Source of the DNA: Clostridia bacterium
Lineage (GTDB): Bacteria > Bacillota > Clostridia > Oscillospirales > CAG-272
Length of the DNA: 36,411 bases
Assembly (NCBI GenBank): GCA_017504335.1
Contig: JAFVRI010000166.1
Coordinates: 1 to 36,411, forward strand
Direction of reading: 5' to 3'
Of the stretch, positions 15,148 through 23,757 are shown in pieces. A program made the translations under genes and the position numbers. Each line of letters starts with the position of its first letter. The stretch's first letter is position 1. The notes under the pieces are model-generated. The model saw only the letters and a program-made list of their open reading frames with translations. It was not told the DNA's origin and searched no databases.

Positions 15148-15975
15148 TCAACGGTGCAGTCTGCGAAATTCGGAAGGACTCATTCCCTCGGTACGCCGAA
15201 AGATCGAGCAAAAATAGCTCACATCCTCAAAGCCGACCGAATAAGCAGCCTCCCGAATAGAGGTCTCGGGATGCTCCAAGAGAACCTCCTTGCATTTCCG
15301 TATCTTGACCATGTTGACATATTCAAGGGGCGTTTGACACATAACCCTTTTGAAGGACGCGCAAAAATGCTGTGGTGTACATCCGACCTGCTCCGCAAGC
15401 TCCGAGAGCGAGATCGGACGGTGATAATTTTGTTCGATGTAGGCAAGAACGGGACCGAGCTTCGCCAGACGATGGGTCATGGACGGTGTTTTTTCGGAGG
15501 AAAGAAACCGAAGAAGATCGGAAAGAATGGCGTATACCAAAGAGGAGCACAGAATATTTTTTGCGGGGAGAGCGGACACAGCCGTGTCATACAGATCCTC
15601 CAGCTTTCCCGCAAGCACATAGGGTGTAGTGACCGTCAGCACGCTTGATTCCCGAACACCCAGGATCTCTCGGATAAACCGCTCGGTTTCGGTTCCCGAA
15701 AAGATGATCCAATCCACGGTCCAACCGGGAGTCAGCGCGAAATATTCGTGGGGCTCGTTGGGAAAGAGAAGCATTCCCTTTCCCTCCTCCAACGTGTAGG
15801 TATTTCCCCGAAGATACAGCTCCCCCTTCCCCTCTCGGCATTGGATCCACTGATATCGGGGATGTCCGATGGGACGGTGAATATGCTCCTGCTCATACCG
15901 AATGCCAACCCCCGCAAAATAATATGGGAGCGTCAGGTCAAATTCCGTAGCGACGGGTAATATGAATTTTTTCAT
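15148..15975 (-). CDS. AraC family transcriptional regulator (cupin N-terminus plus HTH)
   Basis: ATG at 15975 (AGAGGTG RBS); the track start at 15984 is a GTG inside the RBS. The C-terminal HTH is ...AAYSVGFEDVSYFCSIFRRTEGMSPSEFR. Confidence 0.85.
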   Translation of the reverse strand: MKKFILPVATEFDLTLPYYFAGVGIRYEQEHIHRPIGHPRYQWIQCREGKGELYLRGNTYTLEEGKGMLLFPNEPHEYFALTPGWTVDWIIFSGTETERFIREILGVRESSVLTVTTPYVLAGKLEDLYDTAVSALPAKNILCSSLVYAILSDLLRFLSSEKTPSMTHRLAKLGPVLAYIEQNYHRPISLSELAEQVGCTPQHFCASFKRVMCQTPLEYVNMVKIRKCKEVLLEHPETSIREAAYSVGFEDVSYFCSIFRRTEGMSPSEFRRLHR

Positions 15976-15995
15976 AAAGATCACCTCTTTTATAG

Positions 15996-16024
15996 ATTAT
16001 ATCACAAGAATACAAAAAGGTCAA
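15996..16024 (-). promoter_or_regulatory. promoter of the second AraC gene
   Basis: The minus strand reads TTGACC (16024..16019), a 17-nt spacer, then TGATATAAT (TATAAT at 16001..15996). Confidence 0.5.
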
Positions 16025-16059
16025 TCTTAATATTGCCATATTTCTTGAAAATAATCTGA

Positions 16060-16088
16060 TTGACAGGGCGATCCGAATATGATATTCT
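16060..16088 (+). promoter_or_regulatory. candidate promoter of the GH42 gene
   Basis: TTGACA (16060-16065), a 17-nt spacer, then TATTCT (16083-16088). The -10 is weak. Confidence 0.4.
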
Positions 16089-16120
16089 ATCCTCATCAAC
16101 CATAAAAAGGAGAATCCGCA

Positions 16121-18154
16121 ATGAGAAAAAAACTGACTGCAGACCGTTTGACCCTTGGCGTTTGTTATTATCCCGAGCATTGGGATCCCTCTCTTTGGCG
16201 AGAGGATCTTCGCCGCATGAAGGAAATGGGAATTTCGGTCATTCGTATTGCCGAATTTGCCTGGAATAAGTTTGAGCCGGAAGAGGGGATCTTCACCTTC
16301 GAATTTTTCGACTCCTTCATGGAGATCGTAAAGGAAGAAGGGATGCGCGTCATCTTCTGCACCCCCACAGCCACTCCCCCCGCGTGGATGAGCCACAAGT
16401 ATCCCGAGATCCTCAATGCCGATCTAAACGGCAATCTGATTCGCCACGGTCACCGTCGGCACTATAATATGACAAGCGATGCCTATCGCGCGTTTGTGGC
16501 AAGGATCACGGAAAAGCTGGGAGAGCATTACGGAAAGCACCCGAACATTGTCGCATGGCAGTTGGACAACGAGATCAACTGTGAATGCCATCTCTACTAT
16601 TCCGAAAGTGACCACAAAGCGTTCCGCGACTACCTCAGAAAGCAGTTCAAAACCCTTGACGCGCTCAATGATGCCATTGGCGCCGTGTTTTGGAATCAAA
16701 CCTACACCGATTGGGAAGAGGTGTATCTGACACGCCCTACTCTTCACAAGGGACATACCAATCCGCATATGGAGCTTCTGGAGCGTCGTTTTATTTCCGA
16801 CACCGTAATCGATTTTTTCAAGCTGCAGACCGACATCCTTCGCAAGTATACCGACGCGAAAATCACCACCAACGGACTCTTCCGCTATATCGACTATCAC
16901 CGTCTGACCGATGAGGTCCTGGATTTTATTACCCTTGACAACTACCCGCATTTCAACGAAAAACGGGACGAGCTCAATAATGTGGAGCAAAGACGCAAGG
17001 CGACCTATCGCTTGGCAAGGACCAGAAGCATCTCTCCCATCTTCGGCATCATGGAGCAGCAATCGGGTGTGGGCGGCTGGACCTTTTGGCACCCAACGGA
17101 AGCGCCAAAGCCGGGATACCTTCGCCTTTGGGCATTGCAATCCATCGCCAACGGCGCCGACTTTGTCAGCTTCTTCCGCTATCGGACCTGCTCCTTTGGC
17201 ACGGAGATCTACTGGCATGGCATCCTCAATTACGACAATCGGGACAACCGTAGAGTGGAAGAAGTCAAAAAGCTTTGGCGCGATCTGCAAAAGATCGAAC
17301 AGATCGCCGGCAAGCCGTTCAAGGCAGAGCTTGCCATTCTCAGAGATTATGACAATGAATTGGACGGAGAAAATGATCTTTGGCACGGCGATGCCGATGG
17401 GATCAGCTATCCCGCATGGGTTTCCGCCGCCGAGAAGGCGCATATCCCCTTTGATCTGGTATATATCAACGATGACACCAACCCCGCTGAGCTAAGCAAC
17501 TATAAAATGGTGGTATATCCCCATGCCGCGATCCTCACCGAGAAGCGTGCAGGCATGCTCCGTTCCTATGCGGAAGCGGGAGGCACGGTTCTGTTCGGAT
17601 GCCGCACGGGCTACAAGGATCTATACGGTCGATGCCCCATGATGCCCATGCCCGGATACGCGGCCGAGCTTTGCGGTATCACGGTGGATGACTTTACCGC
17701 TGTATCGAATGAGGGAGATGGCGCCTGGGTCGAGCTGGACGGTCAGCGGATCAGCGCCCCCGTCTTTAATGATATTCTGACCCCCATTGATGCCGATACG
17801 GTAGCAACCTTTGACAATCGCTACTATAAGGGTGCTTGCGCCCTTTCCGAAAAAAAGGTCGGAAAAGGAAAGGCTCTCTATTTCGGAGGCGCGTTTGGCG
17901 AGGACACCGCAAGAGCGATCCTCAAACGGGAAAGCATCGAGGCTCCCGATCAATGGAGCAGGATCCTTTCCCTGCCCGAGACGGTCGGTCTTACCGTCCG
18001 AGGCGAATACGCGTTCCTGCTGAATTACAGCGAGCAAGCCGTAGAAATCCCCTGCACCGAGCCATTATTCAGCCTATTTGAGGAAACAACCGTAACCGAA
18101 ACTCTCCTACTCGCTCCGCTGGATGTGGCAGTCTTAAAACGCAAAAATCCGTAA
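16121..18154 (+). CDS. GH42 beta-galactosidase
   Basis: AAAGGAG RBS. The sequence runs LGVCYYPEHW...IRIAEFAWNKFEPEEG...FCTPTATPPAW...WQLDNEINCE (acid/base Glu)...IMEQQSG (nucleophile Glu). At 677 aa the length is typical for GH42. Confidence 0.9.
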   Translation: MRKKLTADRLTLGVCYYPEHWDPSLWREDLRRMKEMGISVIRIAEFAWNKFEPEEGIFTFEFFDSFMEIVKEEGMRVIFCTPTATPPAWMSHKYPEILNADLNGNLIRHGHRRHYNMTSDAYRAFVARITEKLGEHYGKHPNIVAWQLDNEINCECHLYYSESDHKAFRDYLRKQFKTLDALNDAIGAVFWNQTYTDWEEVYLTRPTLHKGHTNPHMELLERRFISDTVIDFFKLQTDILRKYTDAKITTNGLFRYIDYHRLTDEVLDFITLDNYPHFNEKRDELNNVEQRRKATYRLARTRSISPIFGIMEQQSGVGGWTFWHPTEAPKPGYLRLWALQSIANGADFVSFFRYRTCSFGTEIYWHGILNYDNRDNRRVEEVKKLWRDLQKIEQIAGKPFKAELAILRDYDNELDGENDLWHGDADGISYPAWVSAAEKAHIPFDLVYINDDTNPAELSNYKMVVYPHAAILTEKRAGMLRSYAEAGGTVLFGCRTGYKDLYGRCPMMPMPGYAAELCGITVDDFTAVSNEGDGAWVELDGQRISAPVFNDILTPIDADTVATFDNRYYKGACALSEKKVGKGKALYFGGAFGEDTARAILKRESIEAPDQWSRILSLPETVGLTVRGEYAFLLNYSEQAVEIPCTEPLFSLFEETTVTETLLLAPLDVAVLKRKNP

Positions 18155-18158
18155 AAAA

Positions 18159-18198
18159 GAAAACCGTCGGGACGCAAGGACCCGACGGATTTCTTTTT
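18159..18198 (+). terminator. intrinsic terminator of the GH42 gene (same hairpin family as the family T tails, inverted loop)
   Basis: GAAAACCGTCGGGACGCAAGGACCCGACGGATTTC followed by TTTTT. It starts 5 nt after the stop. Confidence 0.75.
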
Positions 18199-18216
18199 GG
18201 GGATGCGATTGTTTCA

Positions 18217-18365
18217 CGGGACGTCGAGGACGTCGTCCCCTACGAGACAGATGTGATTTATCGCACATTTTTCTATTGAAACAAAGGGATTTTCGATTGT
18301 TTATTTAGAAAAATTGCAAAGGCTTTCCACCATCATTTGTAGGGGACGACGTCCTCGACGTTCCG
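18217..18365 (+). repeat. family H long-hairpin element, copy H2 (diverged)
   Basis: The arms are CGGGACGTCGAGGACGTCGTCCCCTAC (18217-18243) and GTAGGGGACGACGTCCTCGACGTTCCG (18339-18365). The interior is collinear with H1 but more diverged. The element is wedged between two terminator hairpins. Confidence 0.75.
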
Positions 18366-18580
18366 TTACAAATAAAGAAATCCGTGGTGGCGTAGCAGCC
18401 GTCCACGGATTTCTACCTTAGAGAAAGAACATTCGCTCACATCCCAAACAAAGACGAGAAACGTGAACAAAAATAAAAATATTTTTGTATGAAAGTTTTT
18501 GCGGAGCTTTTTTCAAAAAGCGACAAAAAGTTTTTGCCAAGCTTTTTTCAAAAAGCGTAAAAATTCCAGTCGTAACTAAT
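18366..18580 (-). repeat. family T repeat, copy D (3' of cysS), with a tandemly duplicated head palindrome
   Basis: The minus strand reads TGA ATTAG TTACGAC TGGAATTTTTACGCTTTTTGAAAAAAGCTTGGCAAAAACTTTTTGTCGCTTTTTGAAAAAAGCTCCGCAAAAACTTTCATACAAAAATATTTTTATTTTTGTTCACGTTTCTCGTCTTTGT...TTTCTCTAAGGTAGAAATCCGTGG...CCACGGATTTC TTTATTT. The palindromes lie at 18506-18521 and 18541-18556. Confidence 0.85.
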
Positions 18581-20017
18581 TCACTGCATCTTGTACTGAG
18601 TACCCTGAGGGGTATCGATGAGGGTCACGCCTTCGGCAAGAAGGGTCTGACGGATCTCATCGGCGCGGGCGTAATTCTTCGCCTTCTTTGCCTCGGCACG
18701 CTCGCGGATCAGCTCCTCGATGCGGCGAATGACGGGATCATCGGAGAGAGGAGCATTTGCCGCCTCCTCCTCTGCCTTCTTCAGCAGCTCGGCTTCCTTG
18801 ATCAGATCCAGACCCAGCACGCGGTCAAAGTCAGCGATCAGTGCCAGCTTGGTAGCGGGCGTGGTATTCGCCTTCAGTACGTCATACAGAGCCGTTACAC
18901 CCAAGGAGGTGTTCATATCATTGTCCAGAGCGGCGCAGAAGGCTGCCTTTCTTTCTTCAAACGCAGCGGGATCGATCTCTCCCTGCTCGGACTTCAGAAG
19001 GGTCAGAATACGGGCAACCAGCTTCTTGTATGCCACCGCCGCGTTGTCCAGATTCTCGTAGGAGAATACCAAGGACTTGCGGTAGTGAGACTGGAGGCAG
19101 AAGAAACGGTACACCAAGGGATTGTAGCCCTTGGACTCCAACAGCGATACGGTCAGAAATTCACCCGAGCTCTTGCTCATCTTGCCGCTATTGGTGTTCA
19201 GATGATGCACGTGGAACCAGTAGTTACACCACTTGTGTCCCAGATATGCCTCGCTCTGCGCGATCTCATTGGTGTGATGGGGGAAGGCGTTGTCAATTCC
19301 ACCGCAGTGGATGTCCAGGGTCTCGCCCAAATGCTTCATGCTGATGCAGGAGCACTCAATATGCCAGCCGGGGTAGCCTACACCCCAAGGGCTGTCCCAC
19401 TTCAATTCCTGATCGTCAAACTTGGACTTGGTGAACCAAAGAACGAAATCCGCCTTGTTGCGCTTGTTTCCGTCCTCTTCCACACCTTCGCAGACACCTA
19501 CCTCCAGGTCCTCCTCGCGGAAGTCGTTGAACACGTAATACTGCTTCAGCTTGGAGGTATCAAAATAAATGTTGCCACCCGCCTCATAGGCAAATCCCTT
19601 TTCCAGAAGTCCCTCGATCACATGGATGAACTCGTCAATACAGCCCGTGGCGGGAGCCACTACATCGGGGGTTTTGATGTTCAGCTTGGCACAGTCGGCA
19701 AAGAAGGCGTCGGTGTAATACTTGGCGATCTCCATGACCGTCTTCTTTTCGCGCTTGGCACCCTTGAGCATCTTGTCCTCGCCCGTATCGGCATCGCTGG
19801 TCAGGTGACCTACGTCGGTGATGTTCATGACACGGGTCACATCATAGCCCGCATAGCGCAGATACTTCTCCAGAATATCCTCCATGATGTAGCTGCGAAG
19901 GTTTCCGATGTGAGCATAGTGATAGACGGTCGGTCCACAGGTGTACATGCTCACCTTTCCGGGTACGTTGGGAATGAACTCGTCTCTTCTTCTGGTCAGT
20001 GAATTGTATAATAACAT
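18581..20017 (-). CDS. cysS: cysteine--tRNA ligase
   Basis: Class I aminoacyl-tRNA synthetase signatures: CGPTVYHYAHIGNLRSY (HIGH) and GKMSKSSGEF (KMSKS). 478 aa. Confidence 0.95.
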   Translation of the reverse strand: MLLYNSLTRRRDEFIPNVPGKVSMYTCGPTVYHYAHIGNLRSYIMEDILEKYLRYAGYDVTRVMNITDVGHLTSDADTGEDKMLKGAKREKKTVMEIAKYYTDAFFADCAKLNIKTPDVVAPATGCIDEFIHVIEGLLEKGFAYEAGGNIYFDTSKLKQYYVFNDFREEDLEVGVCEGVEEDGNKRNKADFVLWFTKSKFDDQELKWDSPWGVGYPGWHIECSCISMKHLGETLDIHCGGIDNAFPHHTNEIAQSEAYLGHKWCNYWFHVHHLNTNSGKMSKSSGEFLTVSLLESKGYNPLVYRFFCLQSHYRKSLVFSYENLDNAAVAYKKLVARILTLLKSEQGEIDPAAFEERKAAFCAALDNDMNTSLGVTALYDVLKANTTPATKLALIADFDRVLGLDLIKEAELLKKAEEEAANAPLSDDPVIRRIEELIRERAEAKKAKNYARADEIRQTLLAEGVTLIDTPQGTQYKMQ

Positions 20018-20020
20018 GAT

Positions 20021-20821
20021 TTATTTTCTTCCTTTCGTTTGTTTCTTGATCTCGGAAAGCTCGCCCTCCAATGCCGCCAGTTTCTCCTCCAAGCGACGGA
20101 TCTCCTGAGCAACAGGGTCAGGGATGTGGATCTGATCCAGCTCATCCTCTACCTTCACGCCGTCCTTTTTCACCACACGGGCGGGAATACCCACCGCCGT
20201 ACATTGGTCGGGGATCTCCGCCAGTACCACCGCGTTGGCGGCGATCTTGGTGTTGTCTCCGATGCGGAACGGACCCAAAACCTTGGCACCCGCTCCCACC
20301 AACACGTTGTTGCCAAGGGTCGGATGACGCTTTCCCACGTCCTTACCCGTACCGCCCAAGGTCACACCTTGGTAGAGCGTACAATGGTCTCCGATCTCAG
20401 CGGTCTCACCGATCACCACGCCCATACCGTGGTCGATCATCAAGCCCTTGCCGATCTTGGCACCGGGGTGGATCTCGATTCCCGTAATGGCTCTGGCGGT
20501 CTGGCTGATGGCACGCGCGCCGAAATAATATCCCTTTTCATGAAGCCTGTGGGCAACACGGTAGGCAGCAAGGGCATGAATACCGGGATAGAGCAAAAGG
20601 ACCTCCTTGTTGCTTCTTGCGGCGGGATCTCGCTCGCGGGTCGCCTGCACATCCTCCTTCACCGCCGCTACCGTTTCCTTGGCGGCAGACGCAAGAGTTC
20701 CGATGAATCCTGCGGTTCTCGCGGCTCTTTTCTTCAGTTTTTTCATCCCCTCCGACATTTGAGGCTTTGGATCCTCCTCAAATCTTTGGGGGCTTTTCTT
20801 TTTTACCGTAGTAGGCTCCAT
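20021..20821 (-). CDS. cysE: serine O-acetyltransferase
   Basis: ATG at 20821 follows AAGGAGG. The conserved block DPAARS...[30 protein letters not shown]...VTLGGTGK and the C-terminal LxxPDPV-coiled segment resemble the short Bacillus-type CysE. The gene ends 4 nt before cysS starts. Confidence 0.9.
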   Translation of the reverse strand: MEPTTVKKKSPQRFEEDPKPQMSEGMKKLKKRAARTAGFIGTLASAAKETVAAVKEDVQATRERDPAARSNKEVLLLYPGIHALAAYRVAHRLHEKGYYFGARAISQTARAITGIEIHPGAKIGKGLMIDHGMGVVIGETAEIGDHCTLYQGVTLGGTGKDVGKRHPTLGNNVLVGAGAKVLGPFRIGDNTKIAANAVVLAEIPDQCTAVGIPARVVKKDGVKVEDELDQIHIPDPVAQEIRRLEEKLAALEGELSEIKKQTKGRK

Positions 20822-20834
20822 ATTTGCCTCCTTG

Positions 20835-21100
20835 AAAAAATAAGCCTCTGTACCCTTGGGGGTACAGAGGCATGATACACACGCGGTTCCACTCTGCTTG
20901 AAGGGATTTTTCGCAATGCTTCCCTTCCTCATGCTTCCTTAACGCGGAATGACGCCGAGACTACGCACCCACCGAGAGATGAGCTTCGCCTGCGGGATCT
21001 CCCGGGCGCACAAGCCGACAGCTTTCTGTTTGCCGCTCCCAGCCCATGGCGGCAATTCTCTGGTACAGATTCGGTCGGTTTCTTCCCGTTCAACGATCTA
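20835..21100 (-). promoter_or_regulatory. T-box leader (probable Cys specifier) controlling cysE-cysS
   Basis: The minus strand carries a T-box core AGAGTGGAACCGCG (plus-strand 20881-20896). The terminator is GCCTCTGTACCC-ttgg-GGGTACAGAGGC plus a U-run (20835-20871). A candidate specifier UGC in GUCGGCUUGUGCGCC maps to plus-strand 21008-21010. The downstream genes are cysE and cysS. Confidence 0.8.
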
Positions 21101-21107
21101 CCCTATC

Positions 21108-21136
21108 ATTATACACGTTTGTGTGCCGTTTGTAAA
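21108..21136 (-). promoter_or_regulatory. promoter of the T-box-cysE-cysS unit
   Basis: The minus strand reads TTTACA (21136..21131), a 17-nt spacer, then TATAAT (21113..21108). Confidence 0.6.
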
Positions 21137-21154
21137 TAGGTTTTTGAAAATTTT

Positions 21155-22795
21155 TTATTCAACCGAGATCACATAAGGATACAGAGGCTGTCCGCCGGGC
21201 AACATGGCAATTTCGCTGTTGGGCGCTCCCTTGCGAAGGATCTCCTCGGCAACTGCCTGATCCTCCTCGGAAACTCCCTCTCCGCAAAATACCATTACGT
21301 AGGAGGCATTTGCCATCCGCCCGGTCAGCTTCTCAAGGCATTCGTTCACCGAATCCGCCACGCAATCAATGGCACCGTCCACAAGACCCAGCATCTGTCC
21401 GTCAGTGATCTGCTCACCCTGCACGGTGGTGCTTCTTACCGCGTTGGTGATCGACATGCTGACCACCCGTCCGATGGCATCCTCCATCTCACGGATGTTC
21501 TCCTCCACATCCCCATCGGGATTGAAGGCGATCATGGAAGAAATACCCTGCGGAACGCTCTTGGTGGGAATGACGCAAACTCTCTTGTCCTTGATAATTC
21601 CCGATGCCTGCTCGGCAACCATATAAATATTCTTGTTGTTGGGCAGCACGAACACGATCTCGGCAGGAGTCAGATTGACCGCGTCAATGATATCCTGCGT
21701 GCTGGGGTTCATGGTCTGTCCACCCTGAATGATCTGATCCACGCCTACGTCACGGAAGGCATCGGCAATCCCGTCGCCGAGACAAACCGATACAAAGCCG
21801 TACTTCTTCTCGGGTCTTGCCACCGCGGGCTTCTTGGGAGCGGGCTGGATTCCTCCTGCCATCTCCGAGTGCTGGATCCTCATGTTCTCGATCTTTACCG
21901 TGGCAAGCATACCGTATTTCACCGCCTCGGTCAAAACCTTACCCGGCTCATCGGTATGTACGTGCAGCTTAATGACTGCCTCGTCATCCACAAATACCAC
22001 ACTGTCTCCCAACCCCATGATATACTCATGAAGCGCCGAGACCTTTCCCTCGCCCTGATATTGCTCGGATTTATCCACGATACATTCGGTACAGTAGGAG
22101 AAGGTAATGTCCTGTGCGTCAAAGCGACCGAAATCGGCGCTGCGCAGAGTGACCTCCTCTTCTGCCAACAGCGTTACGGGTCTTTTCTTCAGAGCCGCAA
22201 CCATTCCCTTCAGAATGGTTACAAAGCCGTATCCGCCCGCATCCACCACGTTGGCTTCCTTCAGCTTGGGAAGCTGCTCGGGGGTCTTGGCCAAAGCGAT
22301 CTCTGCCGCCTCAACCAGCGCGTCAAAGAGATCCTCTACCGATCCCTTGAACTTTCCGTCGGCGGTCAGCTCCTCTGCCTTCTCGCCGCAGCGCTGCATA
22401 ACGGTCAGAATCGTACCCTTGGTGGGATTCATCACCGCACGGTATGCCTCCTCGTGCCCGATGCGGAAGGCATGCGCAATGTCCTCGGGACCCGCTTCAT
22501 CCAGCCCACGGAAAGCCTTAGACATACCGCGGAAGAAGAGAGACAGAATGGCACCCGAGTTTCCTCTTGCCGCGCGAAGCACTACCTGCGCCGCATGCTT
22601 GGCACAGTCGGAAAGAGTTCCGTCATAATCGCTAAGACCCTTGACCGTACGAAGGGTCAGAGTCATATTGATACCCGTATCTCCGTCAGGGACGGGAAAT
22701 ACGTTCATGTTGTTGATGATCTCCTTCTTGTTATCCAAGCCGTTAGCGGCGGAGATCAACATTCCGTAAAAAATAGAACCGTTGATCGTTTTCAT
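21155..22795 (-). CDS. yloV: DAK2 domain-containing protein, YloV family
   Basis: N-terminal DAK2 motif VFPVPDGDTGINMTLT. At 546 aa, with a C-terminal DegV-like/uncharacterised domain, it has the typical YloV architecture. GGAGAG RBS. Confidence 0.9.
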   Translation of the reverse strand: MKTINGSIFYGMLISAANGLDNKKEIINNMNVFPVPDGDTGINMTLTLRTVKGLSDYDGTLSDCAKHAAQVVLRAARGNSGAILSLFFRGMSKAFRGLDEAGPEDIAHAFRIGHEEAYRAVMNPTKGTILTVMQRCGEKAEELTADGKFKGSVEDLFDALVEAAEIALAKTPEQLPKLKEANVVDAGGYGFVTILKGMVAALKKRPVTLLAEEEVTLRSADFGRFDAQDITFSYCTECIVDKSEQYQGEGKVSALHEYIMGLGDSVVFVDDEAVIKLHVHTDEPGKVLTEAVKYGMLATVKIENMRIQHSEMAGGIQPAPKKPAVARPEKKYGFVSVCLGDGIADAFRDVGVDQIIQGGQTMNPSTQDIIDAVNLTPAEIVFVLPNNKNIYMVAEQASGIIKDKRVCVIPTKSVPQGISSMIAFNPDGDVEENIREMEDAIGRVVSMSITNAVRSTTVQGEQITDGQMLGLVDGAIDCVADSVNECLEKLTGRMANASYVMVFCGEGVSEEDQAVAEEILRKGAPNSEIAMLPGGQPLYPYVISVE

Positions 22796-22798
22796 GTC

Positions 22799-23662
22799 TT
22801 ATCTCTCCGTTCCTACATAAAAGATCGCAAGGGTACCGGGTCCCGAATGGGCGCCGATAACAGGTCCCGTGTATTCAATGATCACCTCGGGAACTCCAAC
22901 ATCCTTCTTCATGCGATCTGCTACGTATTCCGCATCCGCGAGACAATCTCCGTGACAGATAAAGCAGGTCTGCTTTTCGGGCTCAATCACGGTCGCCTTC
23001 ATCTTCTCAATCAAGGTATCCATTGCCGCCTTACGTCCTCTTGCTTTGGCAACGTTGATCAGCTTACCCTTGTTATCCACGTGCATAACGGGCTTGATGC
23101 TGAGCATGGTGCCCATAACAGCCGTAGCGGAGCTGACACGTCCGCCTCTCTTCAGGAAGAAGAGATCGTCCACCGTAAACCAGTGGCAGATATGCAGCTT
23201 GGTCTCCTCGGCAAACTGTCTGACCTCCTCTAAGCTTGCGCCCTCCAGACGCTTCTTGGCTGCCAGATATACCAGCAAGCCCTGACCCGTAGAAGCACAC
23301 AGGGTATCCACGGTCTTTATCGTCCGCTCGGGGTACTTCTCTGCCAGTTCATTTGCCGCAACCAGACCCGCATTGTAGGTTCCGCTGAGTTCCGAAGAGA
23401 ATCCGAGATACAGCACATCATTTCCTTCCTTCAGGAAGGGCTCCATATACTGGGTAAAGCGATCTATGCTGACCGCGGAGGTAGTCACCGAGCTTTTTGC
23501 GCGTAGCTTCGCGTAAAAGTCCTTTACATCCACCTGGTCGTTATAAACAGGGGAACAGCCCTCCATAAGAATCTCCAACGGAAGGACCCGAAGATCCAGC
23601 TCCGCAATCAACTCGCGGTCAAGATCCGCGGAAGAGTCGGTAATGAGTACAAAATTTGCCAT
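22799..23662 (-). CDS. DegV family fatty-acid-binding protein
   Basis: MANFVLITDSSADL... is the DegV N-terminal signature. I prefer the ATG at 23662 (AGGAAAG RBS) to the track start at 23680. Confidence 0.9.
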   Translation of the reverse strand: MANFVLITDSSADLDRELIAELDLRVLPLEILMEGCSPVYNDQVDVKDFYAKLRAKSSVTTSAVSIDRFTQYMEPFLKEGNDVLYLGFSSELSGTYNAGLVAANELAEKYPERTIKTVDTLCASTGQGLLVYLAAKKRLEGASLEEVRQFAEETKLHICHWFTVDDLFFLKRGGRVSSATAVMGTMLSIKPVMHVDNKGKLINVAKARGRKAAMDTLIEKMKATVIEPEKQTCFICHGDCLADAEYVADRMKKDVGVPEVIIEYTGPVIGAHSGPGTLAIFYVGTER

Positions 23663-23717
23663 ATTCTTTCCTTTCTGCATTTCGTTTGAAATTCCGCTTG
23701 ACGTAGTTTCAAAAACT

Positions 23718-23746
23718 ATTATACAAGATCAAGGGGTCCTTGTCAA
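23718..23746 (-). promoter_or_regulatory. promoter of degV-yloV
   Basis: The minus strand reads TTGACA (23746..23741), a 17-nt spacer, then TATAAT (23723..23718). Confidence 0.6.
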
Positions 23747-23757
23747 GCATTTTTCGC

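Noticed and set aside
5719-17443. Other long antisense ORFs: 5719..7005-, 7706..8785-, 10209..11285-, 13638..14867-, 16424..17443-, and also 21869..23233+
   Set aside because: Each is the mirror frame of a gene with clear family signatures and translational signals. None has an SD sequence or a recognisable domain.
8855-18580. Integron attC sites, since the repeats sit right after stop codons and contain imperfect palindromes
   Set aside because: The junction motif (G)TTACGAC does not fit the GTTRRRY core. The flanking genes are housekeeping or operonic (cysS, nagA-like) in both orientations, and no intI or cassette array structure is present.
18485-20002. 505-aa plus-strand ORF
   Set aside because: It is antisense to cysS, which carries unambiguous HIGH and KMSKS signatures. 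It starts inside a repeat and has no RBS.
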